From: Octopus vulgaris
Lineage: Eukaryota
Direction of reading: 5' to 3'
Assembly: GCA_951406725.2 (NCBI GenBank)
Contig: OX597825.1
Coordinates: forward strand, 30,628,001-30,692,000
Length of the DNA: 64,000 nt
The stretch's first letter is position 1. Each line of letters opens with the position of its first letter. A program made the translations under genes and the position numbers. The notes beneath the pieces were generated by a model, which ran no database searches, was not told the origin of the DNA, and saw only the letters and a program-made list of their open reading frames with translations. Of the stretch, positions 51,650 to 63,106 are shown piece after piece.

Positions 51650-53777
51650 AAGTGGAATGGAAATTGCCACCGAAACCTACCACAAATACACTGGATGAAA
51701 TTACCAACGATAACATATTGAAGGAATTAAATGAAATTAACTCAAATCTGGTTATTCTAATTAACAAAATCGATGGATTAAATTACTACACCTGAGAAGC
51801 AACTGAAAATGAACAGAGAAGACAATTTACAGAGAAAGTTAGTCCTAATTTGAACAAACTATGCACAACATTGCACTTAATTTTTACAAACAATTTTGAA
51901 AAAGAATCATCACCAAAATACGAAAATCTTAATGAAAATGTACCAATGTCAACGAATTTAATTAAATACCGCATTAGCCATATTTGGACCAGAAACCTAA
52001 ACGCTAGAAAATTTATTTTTTGGAACATGATAAAAAATAATGATAAGGCAGAAGTATATGAAAAATGGATGAGTACAACACAATTAATTCTCCCATACAA
52101 ACTACAAATCAAACCAATCTCAGAAGAGCTCAAACAACAAAGACAACTTAGGGAGAAATTAGCACTAGAGAAATGAAAACAGAAATTGAGTTATTTAAAC
52201 TTAGAGCATCAAATAATAAACAAAAATATAAAACCATCGACGAAGAAATGCATACCAATCTCACTAAACATGCTAACGAACAACTTTTGGAAAGTGGTAT
52301 CAAACTATGGAAAGAGGGCTGTGAGTTGGAAGAAATAAATTCCCTCCAGTGGTAGGAAAACAGTGTCAATTTCTTCCTTAGTTATGAAACTCAGTTTAAA
52401 AGAGAATACAGTTCAGATAACGGATCTGGTTAAACTGATTCACAAAATACGCATTTTTTAAAAGGAAGTGAAAAATCTGAAAATTGGCTAAAATAATGCA
52501 CTTTTCTAGTCTTATTGGTATGAAGGTATGATGTGCGGAGAAAAAAAATTTGAGGAAAAAGTTACAGGGGTTTAAAAAACGAAAAAACTGTGTATTTTTA
52601 GTGAATAGCGAGACAGAAATTTTCTGCATTTAGCAGAGCGATGTCAACCTTCAGGTTGTACCCTGTGAAATTTATAGTTTAGCATCTGTGAAATGACCTA
52701 TTCATTGTAGGTTTCTAAATAAACAGAAATACCTAATAAAATAAACACGTATCCTCGTACAGTTTCTTTCGTCTCTTCATTGATTGTATGTTTTTATTAT
52801 TTTATTAATTTGTTATAGTAATATATTTGTCTGCATGTGTTTATTTTATGCATATTTCAGTATTATGTATACCTGTCATGTATTTGTGTGCATCATTAAT
52901 ATATAAGTGCATGTGTGTGTGTGTGAAAAGGGGGCATCTGTCTTCAAAACTCCAAAGTTGAGTAACGTTTTCATACTTGGATTTGTAAACTACGATAAGA
53001 ATAACACTGGTCAACAAAGAATTTGTCCCAAGAAAAAGAATACCTGTATGAAAAATATATGAAATGAAAAATATGTAAAAATACTGACACACAGAAAAAG
53101 CACAGAAAAATACTAACACACAGAAGCAGAGAAAAAACAGGAAATATACTAACACAGAAAAATTAAAATAAAACATGTGGGTGAAAATAATCTTGTGGTG
53201 TGAAGAATCGACACAGAACAACATGCAGCACAGACATGGATGAAGTAAAAGACAACACAGCGTATGTTTATCTTGATAACAAGATGCTAATGCCACGCTA
53301 TTTGCTGATTGGCTAAAATTACCCAAATTTCCCAAAGTTAGTTCTAAATAACATCAGATTCTTTCATTTATGAGATAAAGTAATTGGTTGTTCGTAATCA
53401 AAATTCAGATTTGCATCGATATACCAAAATTGAAAGCAATCCGAGCAAAATTAAAGGTGGTTCAATTTGCGAAGGAAACTTAAGTAGATCCCAGATAACC
53501 CCTTCCTGAAAAAATCTGGAACAACTACACAGGCAGAAATGAATAAACATCCAGCTAGATCAAATTATAAACATCTAAAAGAACTCAAATACACAAAACT
53601 AACTTCTCACTTGGAAGTAAGCCGTTCTCAAACTATGAATAGGGCAACTCAAAGATAAGGAATACTAGAAGAAATCAACCTAGAGTTAGCAGTAATTATT
53701 TCTCCCCAGCAGTTAGAAATATACAAACGACTACTTCTATCCCTCAACAAAGAAACTCGGCCTACAGAAGAAACTTG
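51650..53777 (+). pseudogene. Decayed ORF1-like coding region of a retroelement, split by an insertion
   Basis: Long protein-like frame (WTRNLNARKFIFWNMIKNNDKAEVYEKW...KTEIELFKLRA...LWKEGCELEE) with isolated stops and a frameshift; frame resumes as SDN|PFLKK after removing 52422-53499. Family assignment is from recollection only. Confidence 0.65.
52422..53491. mobile_element. 1070-bp non-autonomous DNA transposon with perfect 8-bp TSD
   Basis: TSD CAGATAAC (52414-52421, 53492-53499); ends GGATCTGGTTAA / TTAAGTAGATCC; no internal transposase. Confidence 0.85.
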
Positions 53778-53811
53778 ACCTTCATCTCCGGGCATGCTTT
53801 GGTTAACCTCC

Positions 53812-54813
53812 TAAGGGAGGTTAACCAAAGTATGCCTGGATATGAAGGTGCCTGATGTGATACCTTTTCCGCGTGTCTTCCATATCACCTCTTTTGCCAT
53901 AGCTATTATGGCTAGAAAGCAGAATTTCTCTTCTTCTTTTAGAGAAGGCGGTTGAACGATCTCAATAAACTACTTGGCTGACAGCTGTACTCTTCCCAGG
54001 TGTGACAATACACATTCAGTAGAAACTCACAGGTCCAAGAGACTCGGACACTGCATGATTGCATGCAGAACAGTTTTCTTGCTCTGCCTGCAATGTGGGC
54101 ACATAGGCGAAACCAAGATGCTGTGCCATGTGAGTTTATCCCGAACTGGCAAGACACTTCAGAAGCACAGCCAAGCCAGGGACCTCTGAAAGTTGTCGAT
54201 AGGTCCCGAGCCAAAAGTTCTTGGATGCAGATTGGCAAGTTGTCTTTCATTGAAACCCAGAGTCTCCCCCAGGCTATCATCACACTTGCCTCTCTGCCAG
54301 CCCTTATAGCAAACCGAGGTAGTAACCCCTCCACTGGCATTCCTCATTCCAGAGAGAAGCACGAGCACCTGGCGACACTGCTTGCCAAGCTCACAGCCTT
54401 GGTCTACACCTGATCCAGCATTCCAGTTCATCAAAAGAGGTGAATCTGGGAAATATCTCATCAACTAATGGAAACCACACCCACTCACAGTCCAGGGAGA
54501 GCCAGAGATGCTTCAGCCTCAGTGCATGCCTGCGCATCTTTAGCCATGGTATCCCTATCGCACCCTTTAGCAGCTGTTCGCAGCAAACAGAGCACCTCAC
54601 AAGAGGCCACCTACCCTCCCACAAGAAGTGTAAGAGCATGCGTTCCAACTTGTTTAGCCATGAATTGGGGCATGACACAACAGTTAGGCAGTAGGTAATG
54701 ACAGATGCGATAAACACATTTGCCACCTCCACCTTCCCTTTCATGTATAGCCTCTGCCCAGACCAGGTCTGGGTTATGGAAGCCACCCTGCCCGTAACCT
54801 CGCTCCAATTCAT
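53812..54813 (-). pseudogene. Tx1/L1-clade LINE ORF2 C-terminal remnant
   Basis: NWSEVTGRV...WSGQRLYMKGKVEVAN...HFLWEGRWPLV...KGAIGIP, plus a CCHC-like knuckle (CPHCRQSKKTVLHAIMQCP) at ~54047-54103. Confidence 0.85.
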
Positions 54814-54815
54814 CT

Positions 54816-55040
54816 CTATCTAGAGGTCATGTTTATGTCCTTACAAGCACCTTCTATGCATCTTATTCTGTAAACTACATTTCGAGTTCTACAGTTAATG
54901 CCAGGGCTAATCCTACATACCATGCAGTTATCATTGGTGCATATGGTATTCTTAAAGGGGTACGTCCTACATAGTTGTGATCTGACGGAGTTCCCTGGCT
55001 TTTCAACAATTTTAATGTTGAGTTTGGTCTCCTTCAAAGC
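54816..55040 (-). pseudogene. Neptune-type Penelope-like element: Cys-rich linker and start of GIY-YIG endonuclease
   Basis: IKIVEKPGNSVRSQLCRTYPFKNTICTNDNCMVCRISPGINCRTRNVVYRIRC. Confidence 0.8.
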
Positions 55041-56202
55041 TGCTGTTTTTAAGTGATCTAAATTAAAACTTTCCATCAAAGTTCCATTTCAATTCATGCT
55101 CTAAAAACCAGCTTAATAATGGCAAACTTCTTTTACAATGTTCCTTATTATGTTTTTGAGAATTAATTGAAACAAAAACAGACTATTTTAACAGAAGTAT
55201 GATAAGAAAAGAATTCATTTACACTCATCATTTGCCATTAGTGCCACTGTACATCTTTCAATACACACCTGCAGCATTCTAATGTATATCTACATTTCTG
55301 GTGTCTGCATGAATTTCAACTCACTGATCAACAGTTAAACCTATCTTTCCAGCTGTATAGGAAAAGAAACGATGTGTTTATGGCCAATGTTATTCAGTTT
55401 TCAAAAACTTTTACCATGATTTGCACAGAGCTACACTTCAGTATACTCACCTCTTATGTGTGACCTCTGTCCTATGTTAGTACGTGTACTGAGATTTTGG
55501 ATGCACCAAATATTTTAAATCACTATTTCAAATTCACAGAACAATGAAGATTTGGCTGATTTTTCAGCAGGTGTTCAGACTAAATATTGAAATCTTTATT
55601 ATATCACACAGAAGCAGAAAATGTGTGAAAATAAAACAGGAAACTAAATAAATAATAATAAAATGAAGTAGGATATAAAATAAAGCTATTTATTCTTTCA
55701 AACTAACTTAAAAAGGAAAAAAAACCCAGAGAAACTAAAAGTTAGTCGTAGTAAAAGATACTTAACTTCATGCCATTATGAAATAGCTACTTTATAACTT
55801 GTTCTAAATTTTGCCAAGAAAGTAAGGATAATTGCATAGCTGAGTGGTTAAGCTCTTCATTTCTCTGCTACTTTATTTGGGCTCAGTTCCATTGCATGGC
55901 ACCTTGGGCAAGAATCTTTTACTACTATAGCCCTGCAGCCTTGTCAGTGGATTTGTTAGACAAGAACTGAAAGACACCTGCCATATCTCTTTTTACCTGT
56001 TACCTATTTCATTCATTGGATTGCAGTCACACTAGGACACTGTATTGAAGGGTTTAGTCAAGCAAATCAACACTAGTGTTTGTTTTAAACCTGGTATGTA
56101 TTCTATCAATCTCTTTTGCCAAACTACTAAGTTACAGGGATGTAAAGAATCCAACAAGTAGTGGTGGAAGACAAACAAATACACAAAGACGCAAACATAG
56201 TT

Positions 56203-56234
<32 letters not shown>

Positions 56235-56235
56235 T

Positions 56236-56460
56236 ATATATTATATAAAATCTGTTCTGTGTGTGTGTGTCTTCTAGGATCTCGGGCATCCTCCATCTGA
56301 TTGTGCTGAAATTTAATGTAGATACCGATGGTATCAGGGCGTGTATAAGTCTTGAAAAAATTACAAAAATCGATTCCAGGTGAGAATGTGATCGATAAAG
56401 CCGTGGGAACGTGCATTTGAATGCGCAAGTACATCAGCTGTTGTGATTGATACTACATAT
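56236..56460 (+). mobile_element. Probable Helitron-like 5' end
   Basis: TATTATATAAAATC, (TG)n, then CCTCCATCTGATTGTGCTGAAATTT, a typical layout of non-autonomous Helitron 5' ends; 3' end not found. Confidence 0.4.
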
Positions 56461-57020
56461 ATGCGAGAAAAATGCAGTTTGCACAAAAAAAGCTGGCTGG
56501 CTTGAAATAATGCCACAAAATGCAGTATATTTAAGAGACCAAAAAAGTAAGATGCAAAAGAGATATTTTCTTCACATTTGGCATGAAAGAAGGAAAGACT
56601 ATTTGGTTTCTCAAGAAGTTTTTTTTTTTGCCTTAACTTCGTTTAACAAAACCAAAAATTTTATTGAAATTAAGGCATGCTTAATTATTTTTTAATAAAA
56701 AGAAAACATGTTTCTTTCCTGTCAAGCTTACTGTTTAAACCATGTTTGTGTTCTCAACAACCTTATCATTACTGGTACTTTAAACTCTTCGGTTGCATAT
56801 TTGTGTGAATAAAATCGTTTTTCTTTGGAATAGAAAAGAAGTTTATCTTTATTTCTTCTTTTGCTGGTGTCTCAAATTTAGGTTAAATCAGTGTTTCTCA
56901 AAGGGGAGGCCTATGGGACAGTCAGACAAGTTCTTTTGAGAAAATTTGGTTTAAATGTTTGACAACTCAGTACCATCCATTGGACAGGGAGCGTTTTGCT
57001 TGTATATATATATATATAAA

Positions 57021-57222
57021 GTTAATCCAAACAAGAAAGCACAAAAAAACACAACAACGCGAGGATGTGGAACAAATATAGCATTATTGGACGCTCAGGT
57101 AAGAAGGAAAGAAGGAGGGTTTAACGTTTCAAACGGAGCTCTTCGTCGGAAACATAGGAGAAGGAAAGATCCAGAGAAGGGAATACAGAGGAAAGAAATC
57201 GCCAACAATACACACGAGGTCA

Positions 57223-57225
<3 letters not shown>
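57021..57225 (-). mobile_element. Penelope-like 3' tail with hammerhead motif (57119-57153), inserted in (TA)n
   Basis: Minus strand GTTT CCGACGA AGAGC TCC GTTT GAAA CGT T AAAC; (TA)n on both sides. Confidence 0.75.
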
Positions 57226-57264
<39 letters not shown>

Positions 57265-57687
57265 TGAATTTCAATCTTGCTTGCTTGCTTGCAATATTAC
57301 ACAGCCAAACCAGCACATAATTGGAAAATAATTTGAAAGTAAAATTCCCCTGAAATGTAAACACAAACAGAATAAAACAGATTTCACATAAATCGGACCA
57401 GTTGTTCTTGAGATATTGTGGGTTTTGGCAGTATAGATACCCAAAACGGTGCATAATGGGGAAATACTCCAAACCTTTTAATTAGACACATTAGTGACTT
57501 TAACTTGCCAACGAAAAAATATGAGTTGTTTTCTACAGTAAATGTTTCTATTTTCGCTTTCATTAAAAACAGTATTTTAATCATTCAGAAATATCTTAAA
57601 GTGAATGTGATTTCAAAAATGTAAGTTGTTTATACAGTAAGTATTTATATTTTAGCTTTATTTAAACAGACAATATGTTAATCATTA

Positions 57688-59458
57688 TCATCATCATCAT
57701 TTAACGTTTGCTTTCCATACTGGGTTGGACGGTTTAACTGAGGACTGACAAGCCAGGAGGCTACACCAGGCTCGAATCTGATCTGGCAGAGTTTCTACAG
57801 CTGGATGCCCTTCCTAACACCAACCACTCTGAGAGTATAGTGGGTGCTTTTTACATTCCTCCAGCACGATGGCCAGTCCAGCAGCAGTGGCTTCAACCAT
57901 GCTTAAATGGTGCTTTTACATGCCACTGGTATGGGTCCCAGTCAGGCAGAACTGGCATTGACCACAAAAACGCTTTCATGTGACTCAACAGCATATTGCC
58001 TGAAAATTGAAGGGTACTCTTAAATGGGCTGGTTATGTGACACTGGCATAAGCTACAGCTACGATCTTACTTGGCTTGCCAGATCTTCTCAAGCATAGCA
58101 TATCTCGCTTGCCATTGCTTCTGTGAGACCCAACACTTGAAGGTCATTCTTCACCACCTCATCCCACTGCCTCATTCTAGGTCTACATCTTCCACAGGAT
58201 ACTGCCACTGTTAGGGTGTGAAACTTCTTTACATAACTCTCCTCATCCATCTGTAACACATGACCATACCAGCGCAGTTGTCTCTCTTATACACCACATC
58301 TGATGCTTCTTATGTCCACCTTTTCTCTCAGGGTGCTTACACTCTGTCACATATGCACACTGACATTACACATCCAGCAGAGCATGCTAGTTTTATATCT
58401 TTCAAGGCTACACATGTCCTCAGCAGTCACAGCCCATGTCTCACTGCATGTAGTATGGCTGTTTGCACACATGCATCATACAGTCTGCCTTTCATTCTGT
58501 ACAAGAGGCCCTTTGTTACCAACAGAGACAGGAGCTCTCTGAACTTTGCCCAGGCTATTCTTATTCTAGCAGCTATGCTCCCAGAGCATCCATCCCCACT
58601 ACTGACTTGGTCATCTAGGTTATGGAAGTATTTAACTACTTCTAGTTTTTCTCCCTGGCATGTGATGGAAGCTGTTTTCTGCATATTTTCAGTGTTCATT
58701 GCCCCTGTGTATCTGCCACATACAAAAACTATCTTCTCAGTTAACCTTCCTTTGATATTGCTGCACCTCTTATGTGACCATAGCTTACACTGGGTACATT
58801 TTATGGGGTTTCTACCTATGCCTTTTCTACAGATTAAGCAGGGCCATCTACCTGAAGAGATTTGTGGTTTGTCTGCCTTCGTACTTACTAAGGCTTTGGT
58901 TTTTGCTAGATTAAGTTTGGCTCCCATGGGCAGCCTGTCTTGAATTCCTCTGTTATTGCCTAGAGAACTATGATGAATAAGAGGGGGCTGAGGACTGATC
59001 CTGGGTAACACTTACTTCTAGCTGGAATTCTTCATTGTACTCATTGCCAACCCTCACCTTACTAACAGCATCTCTGTGCAGGGCTTGCACAGCTCTCACT
59101 AACCACTCATCTATCCATAGTTTCCACATTGACTACCAGATAAGGGATCGGGGGATCCTGTCAAAGGCTTTCTCCATGTGAATGAAAGTCAAGTACAGAG
59201 GTTTATCTTTTGCTAAGAATTTCTCCTGTAGCTGTCTTACCAAAAACATAGCATCAGTGGTACTTCTCTCTGGCACAAATCCAAACTGCATCTCATCTAA
59301 ACTAATTCTCCTCCTAATTAGTTGGGCTATGACACACTCCATAACAATTTGATACCTCTGTAATTATTCAAATCTAATGCATCACCTTCATTTTTTTAGC
59401 AGTTGATTAAAGTGCTGCCACACCAGTCATTGGATATAACTCCTTTATATATCACCTG
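57688..59458 (-). mobile_element. 5'-truncated RTE LINE with PHD-like insert and family tail
   Basis: QFGFVPERSTTDAMFLVRQLQEKF...EKAFDRIPR; WPCLICRKGIGRNPIKCTQCKLWSHKRCS; ARIRIAWAKFREL...KGRLYDACV; deletion across the YADD region; (GAT)n tail. Confidence 0.93.
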
Positions 59459-60793
59459 AAGGCATCATACCCAATGACTTGTGTGGCAAAATTATTTTCA
59501 AGCAAATACCATTACAAAAATTCTTTTTGGCATATTTTAAAAATATTTTAAAGTGAAAATGACTTTAAACATGGTAAATATTTTGTAAAACATGCGTTCA
59601 TAACCTTGGTGTGAAATAATTTTCTTCTATAAGTTTATTTCTAGTGCATTCAACATATCTCACCTCCAAAGATTTGGCTGCTATTTCTAGAACGCCTTGT
59701 TACCTACGTAACAGCTATTTGCAATAAAGGACCCGAAACAGCTGTTATATGGTAGCAGGGCATGCAAGAAATAGTAGCCATATCTTCCCTTTTCTGGGGA
59801 AGGGAGCCATTTACACGTGATTTTGATGTTGTATTCATTGAAAGCATGTGAAATAACCTCGGGAAAAAAATAAGCTCACGAAACAAAACTTCGTTGGTGG
59901 GAAACACAGAGTTTCCTGGAAACTCCAAGATCTCCACAACTCTTTCCCACTTTCTTTTCTAGAAGAAAGTGGCTTGTGGTGGGTTTGGAGGTGAGATACA
60001 CTGAATGCACTTGAAAAATACCTGTAGAAAAAAATCGAAATGCACTTGAAAAATCCCTGTACAAACAGGTCCTTTATGAAATATTTACACAAGATCAGGA
60101 CAGGCATGCAAATAGAAGGATCAATGAGATTGATAAAGCAAGAGCTGAGCATCTGGTGGAACAGAGGGAAAGAGACAAAAGCAGGAGACATCATGAATCG
60201 GATGCTCATGTGAATACAAATGGAATAAAACAATTTTTGCAAGATAAGCAGTATTTTTGGGGTATCTTTCTAAATAGCCAAACTGGCATATGATTGGGAA
60301 AATGCTTTGAAAGTAAGGTACCATTGAAATGTGAATATAAATGGAATAACAAAAGTTTCACTTAAATCAGACCATGGATTCTTGTCTTACACTCGTACAC
60401 CCTTCTATCTCAATTCAGGTTTGTAACCAGCCATGCTTGATTTCAACCTGGAATTTTAACATCAACAGGGATGAATGTATTATACTGGATTGAGGCCCCA
60501 TTTCAGGTACTGTCAATGAGAGCTAGCTGAGTTTGGGGCTGATGTAAGGCAGGGTCATCATACCCCAAAATAATACTTGAGGTCATGACCCACAACCCCT
60601 AACCAAGTACTTGACTGTGTTTGTCCGACTTTCTACCAAGAGATATTTGAAAGAGTTATTTTTCAGGCTTCATGGTTTAATTATTCATAAATCATTACTT
60701 AGTTAAGATGGGTTTAATAAGATACTCTAATTTGTTAATTTCTGTTGTTTTTCTTTTTTCACAAATGCCATTATAACTAAACAGAAAGTAATA

Positions 60794-61175
<382 letters not shown>

Positions 61176-62472
61176 CATAAATTATCTTTACTTCATTGCC
61201 CACAGGGGGCTAAATGTAGAGGGGACAAACAAGGGCAAACAAAGGGATAAATCGATTACATCAACCCCAGTGCATAATGGGTACTTATGATTCTGCCAGC
61301 TCGCCACCTTTAATGGAGAGATAAATGGATAGATATAGTGAAAATGTTCAATAAAAAATTGCATCTGGTGAATTGTTGTAACAAATATAAAAAGAAGGAA
61401 AATGAACAAATTTTATGTTAGACAAACTATCTATAGATAGTTTGTTCAACATAATATTTTATGAAATAAAATACTTTAATAGTCAACCGGTTTCACTTAT
61501 GCTAATCATGAGTTAGCGATAATGTTACAGATATATGTGTGTGAGCCTGTGAGTGTGTGTATATGTGCATGTGTGTGTGTGTGTGTGTAGGTATGTATAT
61601 GTTATTTACATTCATATATCAATATTATCTGCACAGATTGTGTGTATAAGTAATATCTATATTATCTCTGTAAAAGGTAAAAGAAAACATGTCTATATTA
61701 TATTGCATGTAAAACTGTCTGTCTCTAGCTACATATTCAATACTTTGGTACATTTTCCAAGCTTAAGCAACATTATATCTACTTGACTTATCCATATATC
61801 TTGCTTTGTATTGTTGCTATGTTCAAGAGTGAGGGGTAGACAACAGAAATGACATATTCAAGTATTTCTTGTTTATAAAAGAAAATAACTTCCTTTTATT
61901 TATAAATATCATTTTCTTTTTTTATTTTATTCTCATATTTCCTTTTACATTACATATTAAGATAAATAAATAGATTTACAAATTGAATTACCTTTCACAT
62001 CAAAAGACAGTCAACATGTCCAGCTAAGTCGAGAATTTTTTTTTCCCCTCCATTTATTTATTTATTTATTTACTTTATCATATATCTGCACTGAAGTCTC
62101 TTACACCACCAAAATAACTATTGCTTCAGTTCGTGTTTGTCTTGTTTTTCAAAATAAATTTATGATACAGATCTATAGAATATAAAAGAGTGACAGACAT
62201 TGGGCTGTACGTTAAGAAGGTTACTTCACAGCCACATGGTTCTGGGTTCAGTCCCACTGCATAGCACCTTGGGCAAGTGTCTGCTATCATAGCCTTGTAC
62301 CAACTAAAGCCTTGTGAGTGGATTTGGTGGGCAGATGCTGAAAGACGCCCATATTTTATGTGAGGGTGGGCTCAAAAGTTCATAGACTGATTGCAAGGGA
62401 GTGATGCAAGAGCTGTGAAATCTTGCAGACATTAATTTTAACACTTATTAATAACTGTATTGTGTCTTACAG

Positions 62473-62597
62473 TTCTATATTTAAGAGATGAGGAATTATG
62501 TACGTTATTTACATTTGATGGATATTTGTCCTCATCTTGTTTGTTGTTAATGTTTCAGCTGATGTACCCTCCAAACCTCATCAGGTGTCTTGGGGAA

Positions 62598-62641
<44 letters not shown>

Positions 62642-62646
62642 TATTA

Positions 62647-62715
<69 letters not shown>

Positions 62716-62852
62716 TCATTGTCTGGAATTGAACTCGGAATATTGGGGTTATTAGCCCGTGCTCTTAACCACTACACCCATGGGCATATGGCATAGTGGT
62801 TAAGAGCACGGGCTAATAACCCCAAGATTCCGAGTTCAATTCCAGACAGTGA

Positions 62853-62903
<51 letters not shown>

Positions 62904-62928
62904 TGATAATAATAATAATAATAATAAC

Positions 62929-62961
<33 letters not shown>

Positions 62962-63106
62962 TACATTGAAAAATACCTTAGGAATGAGAACCCAGGTTCG
63001 AAATTTCTCCAAAACACCTGCTGAAGGCTGGAAAGTATATCAGCTGAAACATTGTGTTAACAACAAACATGGTGAAGACAAATATCCGTCAAATGTAAAT
63101 AATGGG
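62473..63106. mobile_element. Palindromic head-to-head dimer: tRNA-like head + (AAT)n + Penelope-type tail with hammerhead motif
   Basis: Inner arms 62712-62775 / 62789-62856 with A box TGGCATAGTGG and B box GAGTTCAATTCC; (TAT)n/(AAT)n; outer arms ~62504-62600 / 63001-63103. Confidence 0.85.
63013..63058 (+). ncRNA. Minimal type I hammerhead ribozyme motif (decayed copy)
   Basis: Stem I AACAC/GTGTT, core CTGCTGA (CTGATGA in the opposite arm), stem II GGCTG/CAGCT, GAAA, CAT-T (inferred ancestral CGT-T). Confidence 0.6.

Noticed and set aside
58260-58943. 227-aa plus-strand ORF
   Set aside because: Antisense shadow of the RTE ORF on the minus strand
62789-62856. Genuine tRNA gene (also the other SINE heads)
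   Set aside because: A/B boxes are present but I see no complete acceptor stem or poly-T terminator; embedded in repeat units
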